Shown here: in pieces, positions 1 to 14,200 of the stretch | Numbering within the stretch: position 1 is the first letter of the stretch | Layout: each line of letters opens with the position of its first letter | Source of the DNA: Lingula anatina | Lineage: Eukaryota; Animalia; Brachiopoda | Assembly: GCA_051362555.1 (NCBI GenBank) | Contig: CM120641.1 | Coordinates: forward strand, 37,330,401-37,394,400 | Length of the DNA: 64,000 bases | Direction: 5' to 3' | Translations under genes and position numbers: made by a program | The notes under the pieces: model-generated | Seen by the model: only the letters and a program-made list of their open reading frames with translations | What the model was told of the DNA's origin: nothing | The model's database searches: none

Positions 1-42
1 GTAGTTTTCTGGGAAACTATAACTGAAAGCTTGTTTTTGTAG

Positions 43-1457
43 GAAACGTGCAGGCACTGTAAAGAGGACTGGTCTGGACATTTTGGTATTCCATGTAATG
101 AACTTGAAAAGAAGGATGAAACAAAGCTCAGGCTGTCATTGTGAGTATCACAATTTTGGTCATGTAAGGGCCTGCAAGGAAAACATGAGCAATGTATGGG
201 AAACCATCTGTCAAGAATAAATAACATTTATTGGAGCAGGAAAGAACAATTATTAAAAGCTAGATGATATACTTTGTCATATTTGTTTTTGTTAAATGGC
301 AGAATCAAAATTTCAATAAGAAACTTCTACAAGTTTTTCAAGCTTATTTCAAAGTTGATGATTTGTAAAGGTAGTGCCATGGATTTGCTATATTCTAAGT
401 AAGAATTTGAAAATGATATATACAGGGTTGTGTGAATATGAATGTATTTATTTTAGTGAAGAGAAAATGACTGAAGCCAAGATTCGCTCGTGTCATAGAT
501 GTAAGACGGGTTTCACCAAGTCAGATGGGTGCAATAAGATGACATGTCGCTGTGGTGCCAAAATGTGTTACATATGCAGAAAACCAGATGTAAGGATAAT
601 GCCATTAGTTGTTGAAACAAAATCATGACAATCTAAATCAATTTAAGTTTCCACTATGTACATCTGTACCAATGTTTGATTTGTGGCATGATTTATCATC
701 CCCAGTCTTGGACTGTTCAGTAAAAATTTTAATATAGAATTCCTATATGTTTGAAGGAAGATGTCTTGTTACAGATGGAGGTCCTAAATTACTAGTGGTA
801 TAGTGATAGGAATAGAACTTGCTATATATCCAAAATATCTTTTTTAATTATTAAGTAAATTAATGGAGAATAATTTTGCTTTTTGTTTAGTTTTCAAAAT
901 TAAATGATTTATATGATTTATTGTTTATTTTTTCAGATTGATTACAACCATTTTTGCCGTCATCCACGTGACCCAGGGAAGGCATGTACTAAGTGCTCTG
1001 ATTGCTCACTGTGGACCAATCCTGAAGTAAGTTATATGTAGAAGTTAGCTTAGAGCTAGCACAATACAGTTGTTTCCTACGATAAAGTGCCTTAACAACT
1101 TGAGCTGTCTGCCATTACATAACATATCATTGTATATCATTTTTTTTTAAATGATAACTTTTAACTCCCTTAATTTATATAGGAAGATGATGAGCGGGCA
1201 GTCCAAGAGATCAGGAGACTCGCTCAAGAAGAAAGGAAGAAAATGGGTAAGAAATGAAATTAAAAAAAAATGAATGACATTTGCATTTCAACTCCAGTAA
1301 TGTAGCAATGATATGAAAGGGACATGTATTGGCACACATGTATACATGTATTGTAAGTTATTTATTTATTTTTTTTTTTTTAATTCTAGGATTTGAGGAT
1401 GACAAACTCATTGGAGTTCCAGATGAGCCAGTCGCTAAGAAAGCCAGAAAACATTAG
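43..1457 (+). CDS. RNF216: E3 ubiquitin ligase RNF216/TRIAD3 (RBR family), 3' exons only; gene starts left of the window
   Basis: GT-AG exons 43-140, 457-589, 937-1026, 1183-1246 and 1390-1457 join in frame: [18 protein letters not shown]...[78 protein letters not shown]...KH*. This matches the IBR end, RING2 (GCNxM) and C-terminal Zn-binding tail of RNF216. Confidence 0.93.
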
Positions 1458-3163
1458 CAGCCAAGTCAAGAAACTGTAGCATTTGGCAATGCAGACACTA
1501 ATTTGGAAAAACTTCTCTTTGGATAACCTTCTGGACTTTCAACTGAAATGACAACTGAAATAACATTGTTCAAATTTTAGAATATGGAAATAATTAAGAA
1601 ACAGGTGATATTTTAAGCAATTGATATTGTAAACATTGAATATTTTACTGTTATAGAAGAATGATTTGTGCCATGAAAAATATGCAAAAGTAATGTTTTT
1701 TAAATGTCTTTTTGTCTGGTCAGAAATTCTCATGCATTTTTTATTTTGTGTCAAGTATCAAAAAGTCAGGTTGTTTAAAAGGCAACAAAATAAATAATTA
1801 TGTTTAGTTCATAATACAAGCAGTGTAGTTATTCATCAGAAATTGTAGACTGTTAATTGTAGGCAATGTTAGCCTTGGGTAATTAAACTTATATTTCTAG
1901 TCTTAAAAAAAAAAACATTAATAATGTCTCTGGCTATTGATTTTTTCAAGAATTAGAGTTGAAGAAGCACACACAAATTATCAATATTCTAATGCATAAT
2001 AAAGTACATCATAGTATGTGCCCTCATTTAAAAACAATTTGAAGACTTGATAAGTATTGTGAGGGGTTTCTTCCCATCTTTGTACCAAAGTGATCCATCA
2101 AACTCGTAAGCCTGCTGACTGTTCCAAATTTAAGTTCCTGATATTTTTTACTGCAAATGTTCTAAAATTTGGAAGAAATTTAAGTTCCTAGTATATTTCC
2201 ACTGCAAATGTACTAAGTTTATATTCATATTTGAATGAAAATTTCTTGTCACCTTTTTTGCATAATTCTTTACATTTGCATTGTTATTGGAAACTGAGTA
2301 AAGACATTTTATTCATATTGTAACATCGAGTTCTGTTTTCTTAACTTGAACAGGGATGTGAAATGAAGATCAGTGTTATTTCATCAACCTTTTAGTTTAA
2401 ATATTTATCCCAGCATTGTCAAACTGATAGTTTCATCATCATACCAACTAAAATACATTGAAAGTTTTGTTTATTGGTGAAGGTATGGATATTCTCCAGG
2501 AAGAAAAGGTGCAAAATTTAAATAATGGCCATGCAGTGTGGTTGCTGTTGAGGCTTATTTGATTTAAACTAACTTTTTTTTTTACATCAACCAATTGCCT
2601 GAATTACTAGAAAATTGTTATTGTACAATCCTTTTAAAAAACAAGCTTGCAGAGTCATAACGAGGCTAAGCAGTTGACAACGAGGCTACTGTCAGGAGGG
2701 GCAACAATATTTCTGCACGCTGGCCGGTAGATTTTATGGTCAGCCAAAAGCATGCTGTACCTTTACAAGGACAGTAAGAAGATATAAGGAGCATGCAGCC
2801 AACAAAAAGTGGACAGGCAATAAGCCATTAGAGGTAACTGTACTTGGACTTAGGGATAGCCGGCAAGACCGGATAGGATCAGTACATGTACATTTAGTCC
2901 GTTCGGGTGGCTTAATTAGAGCTGCCATTCCTGTCACATGTACATGTACTGTACACCGGCATCTAACTGTTATGTGTTGCACATTAACATGTCGCAAACT
3001 TGTCTACTATATCTAGGCTTCAGGCACGCTCGACTGTCACCTTGGTCGACTTGTGTATTTTAATTCATCCTAAAATAATGTATAAATTATGACAATACAT
3101 TAATTTCAGTCGAACCACCAGTACTGAGCAGTGTTGCAGTAAAGAGGGAGGGAGACATCAAAA

Positions 3164-6100
3164 ATGGGAGTCAGAGGCTTGCTAAGTTACTGCCTTTGCA
3201 ACCAAGAGCAATGTGTGGAATACTATGATCTGATTGAAGAGGCAAACAGGAAAGGGGGCCTAGAAATTTTGATCGATTATTACAGTTTTCAACAGATGAT
3301 ACTCGCCAATTTCTGGAAGAGCCTCAGAGCTGTCAAACACAACCCATATCTAAGATTAGAAGGTGGTGAATACAGCACACTAGATGCCTACTTGTCAAAA
3401 CTGGTGCAAGACCTTCAGTCCCTTGGCATCCACATGGTGTTTTACATAGATGGAGCCAAGGGGAGTTCATATTTTTCCACACAGCAGAAACTGGAAACTT
3501 GGAAGTCGAGACACTACAAGGAGCTGAGGACACTGAAGCAGCTGACCGATGTGTGTAAAGGAGTAATGGATATACAGGCTTTACCAGACGATGTGAATGT
3601 CCGTCCTGTGTTACTAGAAGTCCAAGTATTAGGCACACTGAAAAAATGCAACTGTGAGATCATACAGAACAGCTGTGGAGAAGCAGATTTTGTGATTGCT
3701 GATGGTTTGATTCACAGGCCCAAAGCTTTTGCAGTACTGAGTAATGATTCTGACTTTTGTATCATGCAGAACTCAAGGTTTATTCCAAACGAGCTCTTTG
3801 ATTTGGATAATGCTATACAATTAGGACAGGCCAGTTTACTCCCACAAAAGCCAATGAGCCTAAAAGTTGGGGTGATAACCACAGAAAGAGTTTTGCAGTT
3901 GTTTGGTGTAAGTTAATGATTAATTCCTCCTTTGTTTAAACCCAAGTAAAAGTGTAACAATAATGTTTTTTTCTCTCGAAATCCATTAAATTATACCAGA
4001 GGAATGGGGAAATGTGTGCTTAAGAAGCATTGCAAGGTTAAAAGCAATACTTGTTATAAAGGGTAATGATGAAACTTTAGAAAGTTAAAGGAAATCTGTA
4101 TTGCAAATATTGGATAATTCAAACTATATGTATCTCTGTATTGACTGCAGATTTCTTAAACCTAACACTTACTGTCTCTTTGGTTTGCTTCAGTTTAGAA
4201 GTCATAGGCTACTTGTTGACTTGAGTATTGTCAATGGAAATGACTTCACAGCCCATTATATGAAAAGCCTATATCACCTACTTGATGTGCGGGGTGCTAA
4301 GAAAGTGGAGAACTTTGCAGGCTGGATGAGGCATTACAAAGGAATTGAAAACCATCCTATACTTGCAAGAGAATTGGTAAACTGAAGCCTTGTTTTTTGT
4401 ATTTTTCAGAAAAATATTCAGAAAATTATGATTGTTATTAATTATGGATGTAGATGTTTTTATGGTGAGAATTAAGGGGTAAACGTTATTATATATATTC
4501 AGTGGTTCTTTATGTTAAATTGGACATGATTTTTTTTCTAATTTAAATCAAATATGAAATTGTTTGCTTAACTTTTTTTTTTTTTTGTCTTAATTACCAC
4601 CAGTCGAGCGGTTTCATATTTCTCAAAAAATGACATTTAAGCAGATATTTTCAGCTATCTTCCTGTGCTATAAAAAACTCTTGCTTGCTCTAGCTCTCAC
4701 TTGCTTCATATTATGTAACTCAAAAAGCATTTTAGTTTTAAAAGACTCGTTATAAAAATTGTTTATTACAGCAATATAACCCTCAATTTGCCACGGCTGT
4801 CATGACTTCCAGGCAGTTTTACACTTTGACTGCTCCGCCAGACAGACCAACCATGAAGTGCCCCCTCTCAGAGTATCTAGAACAAGCTGTACAGCATGGT
4901 ACTCTACCCTCAAATATCATGGCCATGCATAGCAATTTCTACTGGCATCGCTTTCTGCTTGAGGACTCCACTCCAGGTCTTCCATGTGCAGAGGTGGCAT
5001 TACAGAGTTTGAGAACATTTATCTACAGAATGGTTCTCCCAAGATATGAAAATTATGTGTATGAATATGGAAGGACACCAGATTCAGACCTGAAGACCAT
5101 TCAGGTAATCTGAGGCATTGATGAACTTATTAATGCAGCATTGATTACACATTTAAATTACACATATTCTGTGTAAAGTAAAGATAGGCAAGATTATTTT
5201 ATATTTGTGATAAATGTATTTGATATGACCTAAAAAGTATGTTGTAAATGTTTTAAAGTATTGATTTCAATAATATGCCAATATATATTAAAAAGAATAT
5301 GCACGGGAGATAAATGAATGAAAGTATTATTATTTATCTTAAAACTTTTGGGAATTATATAATTATCTAAAATTTTAAGGTGCACGCTGCCCATGCAAGC
5401 CTACCACCAGTTAGCAATATCAAACCAGACAGAACATTTGAAAGCTTGAAATTGTTTCATAGAATAATGATGCACCAAGAGCCAGGTAATATTGAAATGT
5501 TGACTGTACTTTTTCCGTGTCATCATGAAATTTTCCTTTTTCTATTATTAAAGCATGTGTACAAAGAAATCCTATAATTTAAAATTAAAACCACTTTTGA
5601 AGCTATAATAATTAATTTAATGAAAAAAGTTTTTATACAGGAGATCAGAGCAATACATTAAATTATTTTTTATTGTTATCAACAGTTAGTGCATATACTC
5701 CATGTTTTTGGTATAATCTTTTACAGACTTTGAGCTGAACTTCTTTCAACGTTATGGTCGCAAGAGCGGATTTATTTTCTGTATACTGCGTTATTTCCTG
5801 GTGCTGAATTGGGGTCAGAACCTATATATAACACCTGTGGAGTTTCTGTCTGTCCTGGCTACAGCTTTTGGTTGGGAGCACCACAAAGACCAGTGGTACC
5901 AGAACATTGCCATCAGACCTTCGAGCAGGTGTGTCACCATTGGGAACTGGTTCCAGGTAGGAGTCCTACATTTAAGTAGCTTTGGCAATACTAAATAATA
6001 TTGGATTACAGTTAGGCTACCACCTCCCATAAGCTTTATGAAGTTAAATTGCATGAAAATAAATGTTGGCATCATAAAATGTTTTATTCTTTTTTTTTTT

Positions 6101-6990
6101 ACCTTATGTTCCCAAGAAAACTGTTTATTTGTTCTAGAAAGTAACATATTCACTCACATTAGTCTTCGTGTGTTGAATGTGTTCGTAGGTTGAATCTACA
6201 TGGTAAATGGCAAGAATTTAGCTCTCATCATTTTTTCAATTTTTTTCAGGCTCTTTACAGATATGCTTATAATTTCCTGGGCAAAATGTTGTACTTGAAT
6301 CAAGAATTCCCTCCCCCTCATGAAATATTTGCTGGAGCTAGATGGACAGCTTTTTACATGATAATGTACCCACAAGGCATGTTTTTTTTTTTTTTTTCAT
6401 TCAGAAGTTCAGAACGCCTTATTGCTCATGAAATGGCAACAAGTGGTGTATTGGTAGATATGTCTGCTTGGTTAAGCAGATTCATAATTAAATTGCTCAT
6501 TTGCAAGAATTTAATTAGCATGGAATGTAACAATAAAAGGGCCTTATGTCCCACGCGGGACGAAGAGCAATGATGATGATGATGTAACAATAAAAGAATG
6601 GTAACTAGAACAAAGTTTATATACTATGCTGCTTGTGATGCATTAAGTTAAAACTTCCCTTTTAAGAAGTCTCAGTTGATGGTCTTGAATTCAAATTCTC
6701 TTCTTATCTGACAAAAAAGGTTTGTTGTGTTTTCTTTTTTTTTTTTTTGTAATGGACCAGATAACTGTCTTTAATACTTTTTTCTGTCTGATAATTTTTA
6801 GATAAGAATAATTTTAGGCAGTAAAAAGCTTTATCTTATTTCATTTTTGTTTTCAGATATCTATGAAAACCCTATTGCTGTTCCTTGTGACATGTTGCAA
6901 ACAGTTGAGCTGGACAGAAGTAAGATCATTGAAGAAAAGAAGCACATGATTCGCTGGCTGGTTCAAGGATGTTTTCCATTTAGAGACTAA
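3164..6990 (+). CDS. PIN/XPG-like nuclease-fold protein of the asteroid (ASTE1)/FAM120 group
   Basis: Exons 3164-3907, 4194-4376, 4772-5104, 5380-5485, 5727-5956, 6250-6376 and 6857-6990. Motifs MGVRGL, ILID, GGEY, VFYIDG, EADFVIA, VLSNDSDFCI and GNDF are typical of XPG/FEN-like PIN domains in ASTE1/FAM120. The exact orthologue is not resolved. Confidence 0.8.
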
Positions 6991-8226
6991 TTCCTTATTG
7001 GACAGAATTGTTTCTTGATTGAAAACTTATTCCTTGTGAACAAAACTGATTAAGAGGCACGTAAATGCATTTAAAATGTGAACGCAAAAACAAAATCTTT
7101 CAAATATACAATTTAGAGGGTTTCCAGATCTCAAAGGAATCTAGTCTCATAGGTTGAAGGGAAAGTTCAGTAGATAGTTACAGAGGTTTTGCCTTAATTT
7201 TATGTCAGTCTTACTCTGCTTGAACTAGTATGTTTTTTTTTAAATGTATGTTGCAATAATGAAAGAAAGTCTCCTTTGCTCAACTTTTGTCCTTTATTGT
7301 GTCAAACTCATCCATAGCAAACTGCTTCAGTGAATATACTAATAAACCATTTTCAAAGTGAATGCAACTAAATTATACAGACATTATCTCTCACATTTGA
7401 TAAATTGATTACCTTGTCCCCTAGTTCATAACTGGTGCCCAGCACTGATATAAATTAGCACAATGATAGTTTTTACTATCTTATTATTTTTTTTCTCAGA
7501 ATCTTCTGTATTACAGGTGTACACATAAAATATACCTAGTGCTTTAACTGCACAATAAAATAATCCCATCAATTACATATCTCTTTATTTTAAGATGAAT
7601 ATCTTTTCATCAATCCTTTTACAAGACAAAATTACTTCAAGAATGTACAACTTCAGCAGCTTCATGCTTTTAAAACTGGCTTCATTCCAGTTAGTGCTGG
7701 ACACTTGCATATGATTGACATGCTTCATAAATCAAAAGACCCGAATTAAAAACTCAAATACTCCCGAAAATAGACTTCCTTAAAAGTACCTCAATACATT
7801 ATCCAACAAGGTTCATCACATTTTGAAAAAAATGTTCAGCTGACATTTTATTTCTGAAGTTGATGTGGAACTTGAATCGCCTGGTTATTGTACTGAAAGA
7901 AGCTTCTTCATTTGAATGACTGGTCTTTGTAAGGTAGCCATGATTGTTTTCTCCCAAACTTTCAACTTAACATGCACATGTGCTTTCAAAGCCTTACCTT
8001 GTCTTTCTTTAATCTCTGAAAGAATACATGTTGATTAACAATTTTGCTGTCATCATTCAATGTATCTTTGTTGCTGTCCACATGCTCTTTGAATGTTTTC
8101 AATTGCCAAGCAGCTTTTGTTGAAGAGAGATCACTCCTCAAATACTCAATCATGCATGATCATTTGCATACAGAACAATCATATTCCACAATGTCCACAC
8201 AAAAACATCCACTGCCTACTTTGCCA

Positions 8227-11200
8227 TTAGTGTTTTGAAACTGTGGATTTCATCCGATTTTCCTTATGCTTTTCCTTCTTATGTTTCTTTTTGTGCTTGT
8301 GTTTTTTGTGTTTCTTATTCTTTTTGTGTTTTGAAGATTTCTTCTCTTTACGTTTTGGACTGGCACTTGATGTAGATTCACTTGGGGATAAGCTTCTGGC
8401 TCTTTTTACCACTTTACTTTCTTTCTCTTTCTTTGCAGGTTGTTTCTCTTCTTCAGAAAACTCTTCTGAAGACTGGTCACTTTGGGAAGATTCTTCATAA
8501 TCTGGTTCAAATGAGGCCTCGTCTATCACAGATTCTTTACGGACATCTATTTTTGCAGATTTCATTTCGATCAATTTCTTATCTTCATCATTTTCATCCT
8601 TATCTTTACCATTCTTATCCGAGTCTCTCCTACTTTCTATTCTTTTGTCCCGGGGCTTATCCTCCCATTTGTCATCTTTATTACTGTTTTTATTCTTTTC
8701 ACTCGAAGGAACTGTCACATTAAACCCTTCCTTGCCTGAAGTATTGGTGACCCGGCGTTCTGTACTTTGGCTACCTGAAGCCTTCTGCAAAGGTTGAGAA
8801 TCCACATACACACGCCTTCCCCCTTTCTGCTGTGAGGGAGCTGAAGAGATGGTAGATCCCACAATGGCAGACTTGGGTATAGACTTCTGGGCCAGCACTT
8901 TCTCAGCACTCTCAATTACAGATCTATTTAAAAATAAAAAAATAGAAATTAATTGTGGTGCTGATATTTTGATTAAAACAATCCATGTTAAGATGTAACA
9001 GTGTTAAGATGTAACATGCAATCTCTCTCTGATATGAAACTGAAAGCAACTTACTTGGGCAATGGTTTCTTTTCATTTTGCTTCTTCCTAGTATCCTGCC
9101 CATCCCCTGAAGGAGAGTCGTAGTCATCCCTCTCCCACTTGGAGATTTCTGGAGCATTAACAATCAGCTCTGGCTCCTTGGGCTCCTCACTCTGAACAGG
9201 GGAGACATCTTTACTTTCCACCTCTCTTGCAGTTGTTTTCTTTTCGGTTGGGTCAACACTGTGGTTCCCTTTTTCTTGAATGAATTCATCCTCAGTTGAT
9301 GACACAGCCCCTAGTCTTTCAAATACAGATTTTTCGGGCTTGATCTTTTTGTCACCAGAGGTCTTGTTGATAGTAGCACCTTTATCATTTTGAGATTCAA
9401 CTGTTGCAGTTGTCTTGGTTTTAGATTTTTTCTTTTTCTTCTCAGGCTTGGTTTCTTCTGCCTCGGATTTAATTTGTTTGACTGGTGGTTCATCAGGCTG
9501 TTCTGTTTTCTGCTTTCGCTTTTTAGGTTTAGTTTGTGCAGAGGCGTCCTCCTCCGTTTCTTTTTTTACCTTCTTCACTGGGGACTCTGAGCCAGATTTG
9601 ACTTCAGCTTCAGCAACTTTGGAAACTTTCTTTACTTTCTTCACCTTCTTTGCCTCAGCATCTGACGGAGTTGGTTTTTCCTTCTCTTTCTTTTCTGGTG
9701 TCTTTGAACGCTTTTCTTTCTTTCTCATCTTGTTCTTTTCCCTTTCTTTACTATCTCTGTACTTTTCATCAGTCTTTTCTTCCTTCCTTTCTTTGGACAG
9801 CCTAGCTTTTTCAGTCCCTTTTGCATAGTCCTTTTCTTTTTTGGCTCTCAGTTCTTTTTCTCGGCCATCCTTCACCCTCTCCCTCTCCCTTTCCTTGCTT
9901 CGAGTTCTGGACCTGGTTCTCTTTTTGGACTCTGGGGGTTTATTGCTTCTGTGAGATCTCTCCCTTTCTCTGTCCCACTCTGGATGAGGAGGACCTCTGG
10001 AGTCAGATCTTGAGCTGGCATATCCTGCATTGTACATCTCCCTCATGTAGTCCTCATAACGAGGATCTGGATACCTGGGGTCAAAAGGAGGTGGTGGCCT
10101 ATCATACCTCTCGTCCACTGGCCTGTCGTAGCTGTAATGTACCAAATACTTCAGGTAATTTAAGATATAGAACTTTGTATGATGAAGAATTGAAGAATGT
10201 AATACCCATAAATCAATGTGCACATCAGACATCTTTAAATCATAGGAAATACTTGCATTTGTGCAAAAAAAAAGATACTTGCAATCTAGAATAAAAGAGC
10301 ATAGCTGGACAAATGTAGTACAGACAAAAATATAATTACATATTAACATATATGAACATAATAAAAATGATGGAGTACATATATGTATGTGCACGTGTGT
10401 ATTGATACTTAAAGTTGTTAAGCAAGAGAAAAATCAACATATTGTTTCAAATCCTACCGATAAAAATCTTCATAATATCTTGACGGTGATGGTGGATATT
10501 GGGGGTATCCTCTGTACCTATCTGGTGAGTATCTACTACCATATCTGTCTGGAGAATCATAATACCCTGGAGGAAATGGGTAGGATGGAGAGAAATGGCG
10601 GTAACTAGGAGAACCTGACCTCCCATGAGTATCATAATATGATCTAGGTGACAATGGTCTTCTACCATACGGTGATCTTGAACGTGACCTATATTTTCCA
10701 GGAGGAGGTCGTCTTGGTGAAGGAGATCTAGATAAAGGACTTCTTGAGAAACGCTTTTTTCTTGGCGATCTAGCTTTTTTAGGTGCTGGTGAGCTAGAAA
10801 GAGACCTAGATCTGTAGCGTGATGGAGTTCTTGATCGTGGCCTAGGTGATCTGGTACGTGATCTGGTTCTTGATTTAGTTCGAGATCTGGACAGACTTTT
10901 TCTTCTAGTTTTGGGTGATTTAGATCTTGTTCGTGATCTTGATCTTGACCTTGACCGGGACTTGGATGGGCTGCCCAAAAAATAATATCCATATTGTTAA
11001 TACACAATAAAATAGACATTTTTAAAAACCTTAACCTTACACCTAAGTTATGCAGCCTTCTAAATCAAACTTGCCTTACTAAACAATTAATGTGACTAAA
11101 TCAAAAATTTTACAATAAACTTCTCAAGACTTTGTTTCCTTACCTCAAACCTAGACTCTTTTTTAACTCTTTCTGTTCTTGTCTTTTTTTCTGCTCTTTG

Positions 11201-14200
11201 GCATACTCCTCTAATTCTTTAAGGAAATCATCTTGCATTTGTGAAACTGACCTAAGAAGAAAAAAGGATTTCATAAGTCTTTCCGTATATTTATAAATAA
11301 TTAAACATTTAAATGGTTTTCATTCCAATTTCTTTACACCTTTTAAATCTAGCAGTTAACTTTTTATGTAAATGTAATTATAATAGTCTCAAGTCATAAT
11401 TTAACATGAAAAAAAAAAGCCTTATCAATATTTACACAAACAGAAGCTATTACAAAATAGATGGCATTGTAGCAGTAATGTAAATCAACTTACTTTTCCT
11501 CCAATTCCTGTTGCAGTATTTTGGCCTTTGTTTTATAGAACTGCTCCTCAGTTAAAGGTATCCCTGGGGGGCGCACAGGACCTGGAAAGGGTCCAGGGGC
11601 TGGGGGTCCACCAGGGAGACTAGGAGGCATCACACCTGAAGGATTATCATACTGGATTTAATATCTAATAAATCCACTAGAAAATAAAGACTGCTGCTAG
11701 TCTGATAAAACATTATTTCGAATGAAACTACAAATGAAGCGTCACAATCTTTAAACTGATAAAAGTAAAATGTCGCTGAATTTGATAAAGGTTTACTCAA
11801 ACATGTGTTTGTATTCAAAATAACATTTGCGTATTTTATCTAATCGAAATCAGTAATGTTAAATTGCTAAGCTGATAGAGCTTTGATTATGCAAAGTGGT
11901 AAGCTGTAAATTCTTATCTTCACTACAATTGGTCTACACAGTACAATTATACTTTTATCCCATTTTACCGACTGATAATTAGAAACCCAGCTTCAGTGAT
12001 ATTACATAATGGTTGAAAGACTAAGAACTCAAATAATGCACTAGTGTATGATATCTTTTAAAGCAGATTTAATAACAAAAACAGAATGAGGTAACTGAAG
12101 ACAGTTTAAGGAGACAAATGTACAAGAGTTCATTTCACTTTAGGGTATAAAAACAAAAGCCGAAAAAAACATCTTTGCTTTACATTACAACACAATCAAA
12201 TACATGCTTATTTGTACACATTTCTTTAATATGAAAACTCAGATCATAAAAACAAAACAAGAAACCACTAAGAGTAAATATATCAATTTACTGACGATTT
12301 CTACAACTAAGTTACCACAAGAAAAAGGATATGAGAAAAATGGTTATCCAAGAATTCTGATTTTGCATTTTCCGACCCCATTTTTTTCACATATAAAATA
12401 TTTTTTGTAAACACTCATAAGTAAAAATGAAGAAATCACACATGAAAGTCAGAATTCAAAGCTGTGTTAACAAGTTGCTAAATCTAACAATATTTCATAC
12501 AAGGTAAGATGTGTGTATAAGTGCAAACTACAAATACATTAATGCAATTCCTACATAATTTGCACAAGCTCAGGCTTCAAATAATTGGGTATGCTGTGCA
12601 TAGTGCAAAAGGGAAGGAAGCAAGAATTAATACAGTAACTGTAGTCACAAGCAATTGCTGTGTTCTCTACTCTCTTACCAATTCTAACATCCATTGGAGG
12701 CCGAGGGCCCATAACAATCTGCTCTGTAACCATAAAGATTTGCAAACATCATCCAAATGAGTCTCATTCCCATTTAATGAAATACCATTATGGTACTTTT
12801 GATGATCTTTGTGTTTGTATGGGAATTCATAGACTCTAGATGCATACACCTGTTTCTTTGTAAACTTTGTAAACTAAATTTTTTAATGGAAGTTAACGAT
12901 TTTAGATATTGGAGTGGGCTTTCACTGGCACTTAAAAGTTTCCACTGACCACTTATAAAAAGTCTGAAAAATAACTAAATACCATAACCTTTATTGGTAT
13001 GAGCTGGGCAACCCAAAAGATATGCAAGTATTTTGTGTTAAAAACACTTCTTACCTGGTGGAGGAGGCTGCCTGTACATGGGAGGTGGTGGCCCCCGTGG
13101 TCCAGGAGGAATGTGATGAGGGATGGGTGGCCCTACAACTGGGGGCCCATGAGGCACTGGGGGTCCATGCATATAAGGTGGGGGAGGGCCCCCCTGTGGG
13201 ACAGGAGCAGGAGGGTGTTCCATGGAGTGGACGGGTGGCGGTCTCTGCTGGGGAGGATATGTAGGCCTGAAAGCAAAAGAGATATGAGATCACAAACAGC
13301 CATTTGTAGTTAAATGATACAGAAAGTTTACTCTAGCTGGGGGAAATGTAAACCATTTAATATAATATCAGAAATAACTCTTTACAGTATTAATAACTAA
13401 AACAAAATATGCTTTACATACCCCGGGGGTGGTGGTCTACTGGCCCTTACAACTGGTCCACTTTGAGGAGCTCCTGGGGGTCCACCTAAAACATAATAAG
13501 GTTTATGAAGAAGAATTTTCAAAAAACTTTCCCCACCTCTCATACATGAACACAGACATCATCAAAAAGACATCTGTGCATGAATATTCACAAACCTACA
13601 TAAAAGTACTACATAAAAGTAACCCTGATACTCCATACAAGAACTTGTTTCATGACATGATAAAGACAACCCCTACCTGCTGGTGGATACTGTGGGTGTG
13701 CCTGTGGTCTGGGCTGTGGGGGCTGCGAAGGGTATTTTTGTCTGGGGCCTCTTGTATAACCTGATTGTGGTCCTGCTTGAGGGGGTGCATTTTGAGGCTG
13801 TGAACAAAGAAAATATTGGTTAAGTGTAAACCAAGTATATACTGTTGTGGCAGACTGAGTAAAATGAATAAGTTTAACTCACAGTATAAAAAAAATAGAA
13901 ACTGTATTTAGACTCAGCTATACTAAATAATGACCAAATGTAATATAATATAAAATTAAAATAATCACTGACATTTTTACCATTTTCACATGTAGTACTG
14001 ATCAACTTACCCTCCTTTGTTTCTGTGGTGGAGGACGATTTTGTTGATATGCCGTGGGATAATTAGTAGTGGGTGCAGGCTGACTAGAATGGATCTCCTC
14101 TTTAACCTGACTTGGTGGCTGACTTTCATGAGATACTGGAGGTGGAGTAGACCTGAAAGGATATACATGTGGAGAAAAAAAAAGACTTATGATTTATACC

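Noticed and set aside
2126-2217. Short tandem duplication in the RNF216 3' region (similar one at ~44116-44276)
   Set aside because: Two degenerate copies only, consistent with ordinary local slippage.
8243-10294. Plus-strand Phe/Ser/Leu-rich ORFs
   Set aside because: Antisense shadows of the Lys/Glu/Arg-rich RBBP6 exons.
10447-11019. 190-aa ORF overlapping the RS exon in another frame
   Set aside because: It starts in the intron and is open because of repetitive RS codons. No independent support.
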